In this document: piece after piece, positions 47,156-59,700 of the stretch
How the letters are laid out: each line of letters opens with the position of its first letter
How positions within the stretch are numbered: position 1 is the stretch's first letter
From: Lophium mytilinum
Lineage: Eukaryota
Direction of reading: 5' to 3'
Length of the DNA stretch: 64,000 bases
Assembly (NCBI GenBank): GCA_010093605.1
Contig: MU004199.1
Span: forward strand, 62,001-126,000
The notes under the pieces: model-generated
Told to the model about the DNA's origin: nothing
Seen by the model: only the letters and a program-made list of their open reading frames with translations
The model's database searches: none
Position numbers and translations under genes: made by a program

Positions 47156-47366
47156 TTACGGGCCTGGCGACCCGTTTGAGGCTCTTTGGGATGGGTTGGA
47201 GATGGAGGATGAAGAGTTGGAGGGGGCTGAGCGGTTTCATTCTTAAGTAGTAAGCACGGAACTTGCCGGTCGCTTCTATTTTCGTGGCATTCCATTTTCC
47301 CCGATCACGAAACACCAGGAACATCAACTATCTATCACCGCCAATTCGATACCCTAGATCCCAGAG

Positions 47367-48339
47367 ATGGCCACCGCGCCTTTATCCCGTTTTCCCAAAC
47401 GCAATTGCGCCATTTCGACCCCCGATTCGGTCCTCTTCTTCCTCGCACCCGCCCTCCCAGCTTCTCGATCTACGCCGCGCTCCTCTATCTCTCGGTTCTC
47501 AACCTCCTCGTCGCAATGGGCTCGGGATAACAACAAGAACCGTGGTGTCTCCGCAGTGAGGGCCACAGGTTTGCGGAAGCGACAGACTCTGCATGTCACG
47601 GTGGACGACTTACCGATACCAATCCCAAAGGAGAAATTCACTACGAAAATACCCGTCGACGAGGACCACGCCCTGTGGGGCTTCTTCAATAAAGAGAAGC
47701 GGCTTCTAGCTACACCAGAGGAAGATGCGGCGCATGGTATGGTTTGACATGGATTCAGCGGACGAAGCTAATGGAGCATGCTTCAGGGCGCGCGTGGACC
47801 GTTCAGGAGCTGCGACAAAAGTCATGGGAAGACCTGCACAGCCTATGGTGGGTATGTGTGAAGGACCGCAACCGCCTCGCGACTGAGCAGATTATACGCG
47901 ACACAAGAAAGCTTGGATATGGCGCGTATGAGTCGGACACGAGAGACCAGACGGTATGCCACATCTTTTTACTCGGGCGAGATCGCACTCACACGTTACA
48001 GATCAGGGCTACCCAGCGTGCTATTCGACACACGCTGACCGAGCGATGGTACACATGGGAGGAGGCGAGGAAAGCAGCGAGGAGCGATCCGGAGATCGAC
48101 TTGAATGCAGCCGTTGGAGAAGCATATGTGCCGATGGATTATGATGTACGCAGCTTTTGTCACTCCCACTATTGATAAATACTAACGCAGTCCAGCTTGA
48201 AATCGAATCAGACCCTCCCGAAGCCGAGGTGGAAGCGGAGACTGTTGAGCCTGAGATCGTAGAAGAGCAGCCCGAATCAGAACGGTCCGAGAACCGATCG
48301 AGGAAAGAACGCAGAGCAGCTCGAGAAGTAGTCGCGTAG
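47367..48339 (+). CDS. MRPL4: Mitochondrial ribosomal protein uL29m (MRP-L47 domain), 4 exons
   Basis: Arg/Ser-rich presequence; RGVSAVRATG; HALWGFF; GRAWTVQELRQKSWEDLHSLWWVCVKDRNRLAT. Confidence 0.9.
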
Positions 48340-48694
48340 TCGTGCGAGGCTATGGATGTATTATAAGTTGCGGTGTCGTGGTATGTCGAGCCTCTCGCGA
48401 GGTCTGGACTCTATGTAGAGCTGTAGAATATGCGTGTATCAACAGTAGAAGCACTACGTTGAATTTAGTCGCAGTCCGGACGTATCAGAAGGGTTAGTTT
48501 CGCATTTATTGAGTGAATGCTGTATTGAGCCGTAGATCTTCGACACCAGGCGCCACGATGACGCTAGCGAACTCCCAAAGCCTCCGCGCGCTTGCTGTCA
48601 CACCGCAACAATCAAAGAGCCACCTTCATCTGCGCCCCATTCTGCTTCGCTTTTGCCCCCTCTCTGCCTTCGTTCAATCAGACCGTCTCTCACC

Positions 48695-50473
48695 ATGGCT
48701 GACGAGATCGCTCAAGAATACGACGTTGTAGTCCTCGGCACAGGTGCGATTCTACCCCGCTAGAGACATGCTCAAAGAGATAGCTGACCTGATCTTGCAG
48801 GTCTCACCGAATGCGTTCTCTCGGGGTACGCCCGTGATACTCGACCGCTCAGAAAGCCAAGCTAATCCATTTTACAGAGTCTTGAGCGTCAAGGGAAAGA
48901 AGGTGCTCCATATCGACCGGAATGACCATTATGGCGGGTCAGAGCTCGCCCCTCCCCAGCTACAGACAGAGCTAATTTTCAACAGCGAATCGGCCTCTAT
49001 CAACATAGAAGCGGTATATACCTCCTCTCCGTCTCGACTCTGACCGTGTACTCACTCTACCTAGCTCTTCAAAAAGTACGGAAACTACACCAAGGGCGAG
49101 GAGCCATGGAAGAAGTACGGACGGGTGAACGACTGGAACATCGATCTAGTCTCGAAGCTACTGATGTCGAACGGCGAATTGATAAACATTCTGGTGTCGA
49201 CCGATGTGACGAGATACTTGGAGTTCAAGCAGATTGCGGGAAGCTACGTGCAACAAGGGAGCGGTGCGAAGGCGACTGTGGCGAAGGTGCCCTCGGACGC
49301 CGGCGAGGCTCTCAGGTCGTCTTTGATGGGACTGTTTGAGAAGCGCCGCGCCCGCAACTTTCTTGAGTGGGTTGGCAGCTACAAGGACGATGATCCAGCA
49401 ACGCACAAAGGTTGGTTGGCAGAACCTCGTCCTCGAGACCCGGGATCTAACATCTTCGAGCAGGGCTGGACCTCCGAAGCTGTACGATGAAGGACGTCTT
49501 CGACAAGTTCGGATTGGAGGCTACGACTCGTGATTTTATCGGCCATTCCATGGCTCTTTACCAGTCCGACGACTACATCACCGAGAAGGGCATGGCGGAA
49601 GATGCTGTTTCCAGGATCCGACTCTACGTCAACTCGATGGCGAGATATGGAAAGTCTCCGTACATCTACCCCTTGTACGGTCTGGGCGAGCTGCCGCAAG
49701 GCTTCGCTCGTCTTTCTGCTATCTATGGAGGCACATACATGCTCAACACCGAAGTGGAAGAGATCCTGTACGACGGCTCGAAGGTCGCCGGTATCAAGGC
49801 TACCATGAAGGAGCGTGGCGAGGAAGGCGAGGGCATGAAGTTCACGACAAAGTGCAAGAAGATCCTGGCAGACCCGTCCTACTTCCCCGGAAAGGCGACA
49901 GTCACTGGCCATCTCCTCAAGGCAATCTGCATTCTCAACCACCCTATCGCCAGCACCGACAACAGCGACTCTCTGCAACTCATTATCCCACAGTCCCAAG
50001 TTGGCCGGAAACACGGTAAGGCTTTTGCTCTTTCTGTGAATCATCAGTTTACTAATGTGACCACACAGACATCTACATTGCCGTCGTCTCCTCGGCCCAC
50101 AATGTATGCCCCAAGGGCTATTACATCGCCATTGTCTCTACCATTGCGGAAGGTGACAGCAACCACCATCTCGAGCTCCAGCCCGGTCTTGATAGACTCG
50201 GTCGCATCGAGGAGAAGTTCATGGGCCCGCCTATTCCGCTTTACGAGCCTCTGGAGAGCGGCGTTAACGACAGCATTTACCTCTCAAAGAGCTACGACGC
50301 AACGAGCCACTTTGAGACGACCACAGGTATGTATCATGGTTGGCACATGTTAATTAAACAAGTCACTAACACGTCCTACAGACGACATCAAGGACATCTA
50401 CAGGCGAGCAGAGGGTCACGAGCTGGTAGTTGAGGGCCTACGGGATGGACAGAATCTGGTGGCAGAGGAGTAA
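48695..50473 (+). CDS. GDI1: Rab GDP-dissociation inhibitor, multi-exon
   Basis: EYDVVVLGTGLTECVLSG, KKVLHIDRNDHYGG, DWNIDL, RYGKSPYIYPLYGLGELPQGFARLSAIYGGTYML, SYDATSHFETT. Confidence 0.97.
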
Positions 50474-50853
50474 TGCTTAGTATGACATGGTCAGCTTAGT
50501 TAGGACGAGTTGGCGTACAGTTGAAGTTCAGGACACAATACCTGAGGTGAGATGGTGCCGTCGAATTAGGAGGAGTCTAGAAACTCCACGCTCAAATTGA
50601 ACTATGAAGACAAATATGAGAAATAATACTACGATACCTTTGAGGATGCTTATATTTCCGTTCTCATTATGTCTAGCCTACTGTTTTGCAGTACTGATGA
50701 ATCTTCTATTGAGGACCTTGATGGGGGGTTGATATTTCCTTAGCGCAGACCCCTGTCGGCCTCCTCGTTCCCAAATCGCGAGAGACATCAACCGCGTCAC
50801 CCCGTACAGTCCCCCCGTCTCGATGAGACAGCCGCTCCTTTGACTCTTCAATC

Positions 50854-53800
50854 ATGGCGAGACTCAGTCGCGGTGGCTTCCTGGCCATTGCCATAGTCTT
50901 CCATCTGATTTATGCCTACAGGTACGCCCTCCGTGGCTAATTGTCCCCGCATCTACTGATTCCGCCCAGCATCTTCTCAATATACTTTGTGAGCCCCATC
51001 GTACGTGGCATGCGCGAATATAGCGTCGAGAACACCGAAGCACCCGCGAAACGCCTTTTCCTGTTCGTTGGTGAGTGAGAAACACAATTGGGGCTCAATC
51101 TACGCCTTGGAGGACATATGCTGAGAGACGACATAGGGGACGGCCTCCGCGCCGACAAAGCCTTCCAGTCTTTCCCAGACCCCTCGCCCTCGATCGACGA
51201 CCTCGAAGCCGCCAAAGAGCCCCGCCCACTGGCGCCATTCCTCCGCTCCAGAGTCCTCTCCCACGGCACTTTTGGCGTGTCTCACACCCGCGTCCCCACC
51301 GAGTCCCGCCCCGGGCATGTCGCCTTGATCGCTGGATTATACGAGGATGTGTCTGCCGTGACAACAGGATGGAAGCTGAACCCCGTCAACTTCGATAGTG
51401 TCTTCAATCGCAGTAGACACACCTGGAGTTGGGGAAGCCCGGATATCCTACCCATGTTCCAACACGGCGCCGTTCCTGGGAGAGTAGACGCAGACATGTA
51501 CGGCCACGAGGCAGAAGATTTCACGCAAGATGCTGTGCAGTTGGATATCTGGGTGTTCGACAAGGTGAAGCAGCTGTTCGCGGATGCGAAGACGAATGCG
51601 ACGCTGGATGCGGAACTTCGGAAGGAGAAGAATGTATTTTTCCTTCATCTTCTGGGCTTGGATACCTCGGGACATGCGTACCGGCCGTACTCGAAGGAGT
51701 ATTTGCATAATATCAAAGTGGTGGACCAGGGCGTGCAGGAGATCTCGCAGCTGGTCGAGGAGTTTTACGCGGATGGGAAGACGGCGTTTGTGTTTACTGC
51801 TGATCACGGGATGAGTGATTGGGGCAGTCACGGGGATGGGCATCCGGATAATACGAGGACGCCGCTGATTGTGTGGGGATCTGGAGTTGCTCCGCCGGTG
51901 GTTAGTTCGAAGGGGACGGCTACGGGACATGAGGATGGATTGTCTTCGGACTGGGGCCTCGATCAGATCCGAAGGAATGACGTCGCGCAGGCCGATGTTG
52001 CTGCTCTCATGGCGTATCTGGTCGGTCTGGCTTTCCCGGTCAACTCCGTTGGAGAACTTCCCCTGGCCTATCTGGATGGAGATGCCAAGAGCAAGGCGGA
52101 AGCACTTCTGGTAAATGCGAAAGAAATCCTGGAGATGTACCATGTCAAGGAGGAGCAAAAAATCTCTACACAACTACGGTACAAGCCATATCCTAAATTA
52201 GGGGATGAAGAGCATTCCGTTGAACACCGCATCGCTCAGATCAGGCATTCCATTGATAGCGGAGATGCTGAAAAAGCCATCGAACTTGGCAACGACTTGA
52301 TCAAGACCGGGCTGGAAGGTCTTCGGTATCTACAAACTTACGACTGGCTCTTCCTCCGAACACTCATCACCACAGGCTATCTTGGATGGATAGCATTTGC
52401 CCTTACCACAGTAATCGACTCCCACGTTCTCCATGGGGAGCTAGATACCCTACGGACTACGCCGAGCGTAATTGTATTCTCTTCCATTCTTGTCACACTA
52501 TACTCTGTATTATACATTCAGCAATCTTCCTGGGTCTACTACGCATACGCGTTTTTCCCTGTCATGTTTTGGGAAGAAGTTTATGCACGGAGGGCATCTT
52601 TGGCAAAGGGGAAAGAGGTGTTGTTGGGGCATATTACATCACCTTGGGATCGGATAAGTTTGGTGCTCAAAAGTCTGGCAGTTTTGGGCGTTATTGAAGC
52701 TTTAGTGAGTCCTGCGTCGGGCTTCTTTTGTGAAGGAAAGCTAACAAGATGACAGGTTCAAAGCTACTTTTACAGGGAAGTCTACACGGTTATCTATTTG
52801 TTGGCTAGCCCTTGGCCGGCATTCTACGGCCTGGAGTTTGTTAAACGGAATGCCCTTCTCGTGCTTACCTGGGTGCTTTCTTGCTTCATGATGAGCATAT
52901 TTACTTTACTTCCGGCAATGAAAACGGAGAACTTGAACCTAATGTACGCTCTTCCCCTTTTCCCCACAGAACAAAATAACGAGCACAGACTAACACGATT
53001 CTCAGTTTACTCGGCGGCTTCCTCATGTTCGCGCTTGGGGCCGCATACCTACTCTTTGAAAAGAGCATAATCGGCTCTGCTCCTAATTCCAAGGCTGATC
53101 CTGCTTCACGATCAAACGACGGCCTCTCCAAAACCATCCTAGGCGCACAGGCAAGTCCCCCAGCCCTCTCTTATACCAATCCCAGCTAACACCCCATCAG
53201 ATCGGCCTGGTCCTCCTCGCCATGATCGTAACCAGCTCAAGCGTCACCTCCATCCAATCCCGCGCCGGCCTTCCCCTCGGCACCCAAATCGTCGGCTGGT
53301 TCACCCTCAGTAAGCCCCCTGCCCTTTCCCACCAAAAAGGCCCCCATCATCTTTCATCTCAAGTCTAATTAAACCACAGTCGCCTCCCTCACAACGCCCT
53401 TCCTCCACTCCCTCGCCCCGAACCCGCACTACATCCACCGCCTCATCATCATCTTCCTCGCCTTCAGCCCCACCTTCATCATCCTCACCATCTCGTACGA
53501 AGGGCTCTTCTACTTCGCCTTCTGCGTGCTGCTCTTCTGCTGGGTGCGGCTGGAGCGCGAGGTCTACGCGCAACACCGCACTGCGCCTCAGCCCCTGACT
53601 CCCACTAAAGCGGCCAACGGAGGCGCGCCGGGTGGGCGGCGTCCTACCAAAGACGCGGTTTATCGTTCGCTGACCCTCGCCGACGCCCGCACCGCCCTCT
53701 TCTTCCTCGCCCTCCTCCAATCCGCCTTCTTCTCCACCGGCAACATCGCCTCCGTTTCCAGCTTCTCCCTCGACGCCGTCTACCGCCTCATCCCGGTCTT

Positions 53801-54185
53801 CGACCCCTTCAGCCAGGGCGCGCTGCTCATCCTCAAACTCCTCGCGCCGTTCGCGGTCATGAGCGCCGCGCTGGCTATCTTGAATAAGAGGATCGGGGTT
53901 GCGCCGAGCGCGCTGTTTGGGGTGGTCACGGCGATGAGCGATGTCATGACGGTGAGGTTCTTTTATATGGTTAGGGATGAGGGGAGTTGGTTGGATATTG
54001 GGACGAGTATTAGCCAGTTTTGTATTGCGAGTGGGTTGGGGTTGTGGGTTGCGGGGTTGGAGGGGGTGGGCGGGGGGATGGTGGCGGGGGTGGGGTTGGG
54101 AGGGGAGGAGGAGGAGAGCGCGGGGGAGGGGGTTGTGAATGGGAAGGCGAAGGCGAAGGTGCAGGGGAAGGGGAAGGAGGCATAG
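50854..54185 (+). CDS. MCD4: GPI ethanolamine-phosphate transferase 1 (PIG-N), multi-exon
   Basis: IYFVSPIV, FVGDGLRADK, SHTRVPTESRPGHVALIAGLYEDVSAV, FTADHGMSDWGSHGDG, GLRYLQTYDWLFLR, VRDEGSWLDIGTSISQF. Confidence 0.96.
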
Positions 54186-54681
54186 GTGGGATAAGGGGAG
54201 AGAGGGCGTTGTATTATATTGCATGTGGGTTTGAAAAAGGCGGGTCTCTGTATATCGAAAATGTATCACTCGCGCATCTGGACCACGGAAATGAAGTAAA
54301 GTGAAGTGCCGCCAAACTGTTATTATTTCAAGGCCCGCCGCTCGCTATCTAAGTTTTCATCCCCGACAGGAGATCCGGGGTCCGCCAAAAAGGAGATTCG
54401 TGTCGTTATTAGGTACAGTACAAGTCGTTACCCCCGGGCGGTCCAGTCCGTTCGCAGACATACACATTGTCCTCTGCTTGCGCTCCGACGAGCCCGTGGT
54501 CGAGGGCCGGTGTATACAGCCAAACCTGTCCGGCCTAGTTGGCTGGTCCAAACCGTTCCATCCCGCTGCCCTCACTCCCACCCGAAAGCACAAAAACCCA
54601 CCCAACCTGATTATGACATACAAGAAAGTTACGCTCGAGAGAGGCACCGCCGTCCTATCTAGTCCTGGAAGCGGTCTCACC

Positions 54682-55808
54682 TCACTGATACCGCGGCGGC
54701 GTCCCCGCGCCCCCCTGCGTCGAAAGCCGATGGCTCGACCCATTCAGATTCTGCTGCTGCTGCACCGGCGCCCCCGCAGCCCCCATCTCCACCTCCCGCC
54801 GCATCAGCTCCAACGTCGCCGCGAAATACGGCTCGATCCCCATCGCCTTGAGATACGCCGCCGTCTTCTCGATCCGCTTGATCTCGCGCCCGACGGCCCA
54901 CTCCTCGCCCTCCTGGAAGCGCCGCCCGACGCACTCGACCATGGCGCCGTCCAGGCGGCCGTAGAAGTCGCGCCGCGCGGCCAGGTCCTCCGGGTCGCCG
55001 GGGTCGATGCCGCCGTGCGAGTTGAGGTTGCCGCCCAGCTTGAGGATGAGGTCGAAGGCGAGTTTTGGGCCGCCCGGGAGCGAGGCCAGGCGCGCGATGT
55101 CGGGGAGGAATTTGAGCATGGCGGAGGCGAAGTGGGCGGAGGAGATGGAGTCGTTGAGGTCGTCTTGCAGGCGGTGCAGGTCGAAGTTCACGATTGTGAT
55201 TTTGCGGTCGAGTTGGCCGTTGAGCGTGAGGGAGGCGTCGGGGGTGGTGGCGTCCATGATTTTCGCGATGGTTGGGGGGACGTCTGTGGTGGTGTTAGTT
55301 GGGGAAAAGGGGTTGATGGGGTGGGTGTTTATTTACCTGGTCGTAGTCCGCGTTTGTCGATCCAGGCGTGTAGTTCTGTGCGCTCGCGCTCCATCTGCTC
55401 GATCCAGGATTGCATGTCGGCGACTTGTGCTTCGAGGTTGTCGATTTTCTCGGTGTAGGGGCGCACGGCGGCGTTGAAGGCTTGCGCGAGGAGGTCGGGC
55501 ATCGGCTCGGCCTTCGCGTTCATGGTCGGCGGTGGGCCATTGTGTAGGGGCAGTGCGTTGTGGCCGCCGTTCGCCAGGTAGGGCTCCTGGGGCTGCTGCT
55601 GGTGCTGGCGGGAGTACATGTCTTTCTCCGTCGGCGACGCGATATCTCGAGTGTTGGGCTGCTGATTGTGCTGCGAGTCGGGGCGGCTGTCGTACTTGTC
55701 GTAGCTGTCGTAGTTGGCGTTGTCCTTTGAGCGCGGCGGCGACTGGTCCTGGTCTTGGTCGACGTAGCTGTTGGCGCGGGAGCGGGAGTTGCGGCGTTTG
55801 AAGAACAT
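54682..55808 (-). CDS. Hypothetical protein with coiled-coil, 2 exons
   Basis: ORFs 55329-55808 and 54682-55257 are joined by an intron at ~55337-55285 (GTAAAT...CTAAC...CAG); heptad-like segment YTEKIDNLEAQVADMQSWIEQME. Confidence 0.75.
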
Positions 55809-57067
55809 GTCGGAGAGAGAAGAGCGGATGGGGAGGTTGGAGAGAGAAGGAGGTTATAAGTGCGGAGTGGAAGCGGCCGGAGATTGAGCTATGGTCTAGA
55901 TGGGCGCCAGCTAGGGGTTGTGGTGTTGTGGGTGGGCAGCAATTGGGGGGGCTGTCGAGCTGATGACGGTCGTATATGAGGAGGTTGGGAGAAGGACAAT
56001 CGAGGACGGTGCCGCGCGGCGACTGCTGAAACGCGGGAGAGAGAGTGTGTGCGACGGAGGAGATAGAGTGATGCAGGACTCGCTGTTTATATCTGCATTG
56101 GCGGCAATTGAGTGGTGTGTGTAGATAGACAGCTCTTCTATCGCTCCGAGTCGAAGCTGCAGCTTGCGCCCAATGGGGCACGTGCGGCGGCTCTCCGCCA
56201 TCTCAATTGTTGAAACTTGCCCAACCTCCTCGACGCCATCACACCGCTAGGGAATTCCTCCGGATACGACGAGGATTAATATTAGCTGGCTTGCCCGGTA
56301 CCGACTTACGGCGCCTAACTACACGATATCTGACTGTAAGGCCATCAACAGGCCACCGTCGGGTCCCCAGACCTCCTGCCGACCAATGCAGTGTTGCGTG
56401 TCGAGTCTTTCCACAGCAGTCAGAACCTCCCACACCGAATTTGAATCCTCAATCCGCTCGGTCGTATTCAATCTAGATATCTTCGCTTCATCGAATGATC
56501 CATCTGTTGCTACATCCCCTATTCTTGGACGTCGAGGGCTAGAATTTAGCACTCGTCAATTCACTAACATAACGATGAGTGTGTACTAATCTGACCTTTC
56601 ATGGCATGAAACTCCACTCGTTCAGAAGCAGTCAATTCAGCACATCAATCTAGATACTCTTGGAGGATCGCTACAGATCAAAGGCAGATTACGGCTCCAT
56701 GCATCTTTCCGGGCGCCTGCAGCATTATTTCACCCTCTACGTTCCACTAATTTCAGTTCTTTGTGTCACCCTCTTATCATCATTGGCTCAGATGCTTCAT
56801 CCTGTAGCTTTGTATTTCACGAATGACATTTCGAAAGGAACGAAATCAGCCTCGTGAGTTTGGGTATCTGATTGGCAGCGGTTAGAGGCGTCGAATCAGC
56901 CTTTCGACGTATGCGCAGATAGCTGCAGGTGCGAAGGCCTCATCTTGAAGCAACCAGGCAGCACCCCGCCCGGACTCCAACTCTCATCAACTTTCCCCCA
57001 TTCCTATCATCCGAGTCCATCTCTTTGCGTCTCGCTTCACGCCTTCTAAGCTGCGCGAGGTGCCGTT

Positions 57068-59700
57068 ATGGCGGATCCACTGACTGCCATCGGCGCTGCC
57101 GCCAGCGTCGCTCAGCTTGCTGACGTAGCCTTGCGCTTGATCAAGGAACTGTACGGATTCTTTTGGGAGCTCAAAGACTCCAAGGAGCAGGTCAGGCAGC
57201 ACGTTATCAGTGAGTGCTCTCACTTTATTCAATATTCATGATCACTGATACGACAGTGACGCTTAGCACTGCAAGATGTCCATGCTGCTATACAGGTCTT
57301 GAGGGACCACATCTATCGAGTCAACAGATCTTCGAATCCTAATATACCAGCCAGCCTAATCGAATGCCTACGCGGGCTATTTGAGGAAATGTCTGCAGCA
57401 CGAAAGCTACTTCCTCACAATGCTTTGAGTGTTTCGGCTAAAATCAAATGGGTTCTTAACAAGAAGCGAATTATTGACATCCATCTCAAAGCTTTAGAGA
57501 CTCGTAAGGGAACGTTAGTGATGCATCTCGAAATTCTAAGCCTGTAAGTCTGCTTACTCTTAGCCGTGGAATCACGCTGTCCACAACGGCTGGCTTACAA
57601 TGCGTCAGTACGAGCCAATTCGATATTCAGAATACGAGCAAAGATATCGAAAGCTCCGTTGGACGACTTCACAACCAACTCGACCTTCAATCGACCTCCC
57701 TTCACGCAGTGCAAGATACCATCGATTCGGTGCAAAATCACGTGATACTCAGCAGCGACGCACTTCTTCAAAATCAACAGACTATAGGAGAAGTGAGAAA
57801 CACTGTGCGAGCAGCTGAGATCAACCTTGCGACAAAGCTAGACGCCCTTACAGGGCTTTTTTCGCAGATACCCGTATCTCCTGGCCTCACAACGACAACT
57901 TCATTTGTGCACTGCTCAGAAGAGGTCTTGGCACGAGTTCTGCGATATGAATTAAGAAGGGTGCTGACGCCTATCGTGGAGCGAAGCTTTTCGAAAACCC
58001 AATACTGGAATGATTCTCTTCTCCAAGACGTCAAAGAAGTCATCGAAAAATCCGCCGCTGCAATGTCGTACGACATAGCGTCTAGGGATTCGGAGCCCGA
58101 AGCTCGTCAGGATTCGCCACGATCAAAGTGCCATTGCGAGACTGCAAGCACGAGTCTAGAAGTTGAATCTTTCGACTTTTGTGTGCCTTCGGCTGACGAA
58201 GACATACAAGCCAACTCAACACGCCACTCGATGCAAGTATCTCAAATCACTCGACATCTCAAACCCAAGAGTGCCCCGATAATCTGGTGCTATCGAGCGA
58301 CTTCACTCTTTGGCAGCCTTCGTATCGAAATTCGCGCAAGCTTCGACAGGGCTAAATCCAGCATGGCAATGACTCGCACGTATGACATCACTGTTCACTT
58401 CTGGCCGTCTTGGTCGCTTCTCAAGCGAGGTAGTATCTCTATGCGCTATAACACGAAGCCGAACAGCCAGGGCTACTACCAGATATGTCCGACTCTTGCC
58501 ATATATCCTATAATATCGCCCGTCGCGCCTGTTTGGGATGCAGTGGAGCGCGGGGATTTAGTGATGCTCCGGCAGCTTTTTTCTAGCAACCTTGCGAGCC
58601 CAGATGACCAAGATGATCTTGGATATACACTGTTACACGTAAGTGATCTTCTCATCTAGCGGGAAAGATTACAGTTGCCTCTTCCGTTGCAACATGCTGA
58701 CTAACAAATTATGCAGGTTGCCGCTACTAGCGGTAACTTCACTACTTGCAAGTTCCTCCTAGAACAAGGTGCCGATCCCAACAGGGCTACATTGTAAACT
58801 CATTCCTGTTCTCATCACAACAGCTCTCAATGTGCTAACATTTGCAGTGCCGGAGAAACACCGTTCCTGCGTTTTGTTCGCGTCTTCTCCGAGCAGCTAA
58901 TGGGCATACGAAACATTAGAAGACGACGGGAGTACTGGCTCTCGGAAGGAGTAGACCAAGCTGCCAAGATCCTTTATACTCTAGAGTCAGCCGGTTCTGA
59001 CCCTGAAGAGTGCACTTTCGACATCAAGAGGTTTTTCAATCGAGTTTCTGAAGTCTCATATAACCCGGACTGGATCTCTAATTCTCCTTCAGACCTGGGC
59101 TTGCTTCAGCAATGGGCGGATTTTCTGCGCTCTCGCGGAATAGACATCCTTCAGCATGCCCGCAGCTCACGATATAGCTGGTGGTGCCCTGAGCGGCCGA
59201 TACTATCCAACGTCGAGATCCTATTGGCTTGTGGCCTCGACCCCAACCGGACCTTGGATAGCACCGAGTCTTTGACGCCACTCTTTTATGCGCTACGCGG
59301 CATCCATAACTCGTCTCGGCAAGATCATGACCCTTTGAAAGCCCTGCGCCACAACATTGCCATTTCCCTGATCCGTGCTGGCGCCGACATCTTCCACATC
59401 GAATGGTACAGGTGTGAAGAGGAAGTCTACATGGGCATATATTACGCGGCATATGGTCCACTACTTACACCTACGACTTACGCGCAGTCATGCAATATCG
59501 AAAGTGACTGGGTGCAAGTGTTGAAGATTTGCGGGTTCGATCCTGCAAAGGTCTTTGCAGAGGATAAGCTTCGCCGCCGAGCTTTCCTGCATAATCAAGG
59601 CGCTCAACGGACAGGCGTCGAGGGATTCGAACCCGGGTCTGGTGGGAACGACTCGTCCTTTCTGAGGCATCGATCAGGATTCCGCCGCGAGGTCTGCTAG
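57068..59700 (+). CDS. HeLo-like (fungal STAND N-terminal) domain plus ankyrin-repeat protein, 5 exons, no NACHT
   Basis: MADPLTAIGAAASVAQLAD N-terminus and KIKWVL motif; ankyrin repeats DDLGYTLLHVAATSGN...LLEQGADPN, LTPLFYAL...LIRAGADI. Confidence 0.8.

Noticed and set aside
53307..56181. Long antisense or alternate-frame ORFs (53307-54269, 54301-55458, 55333-56181)
   Set aside because: Shadows of GC-rich real genes; low-complexity translations.
59623..59633. tRNA B-box-like GGTTCGAATCC on the minus strand
   Set aside because: Inside a CDS, with no cloverleaf or A-box visible.
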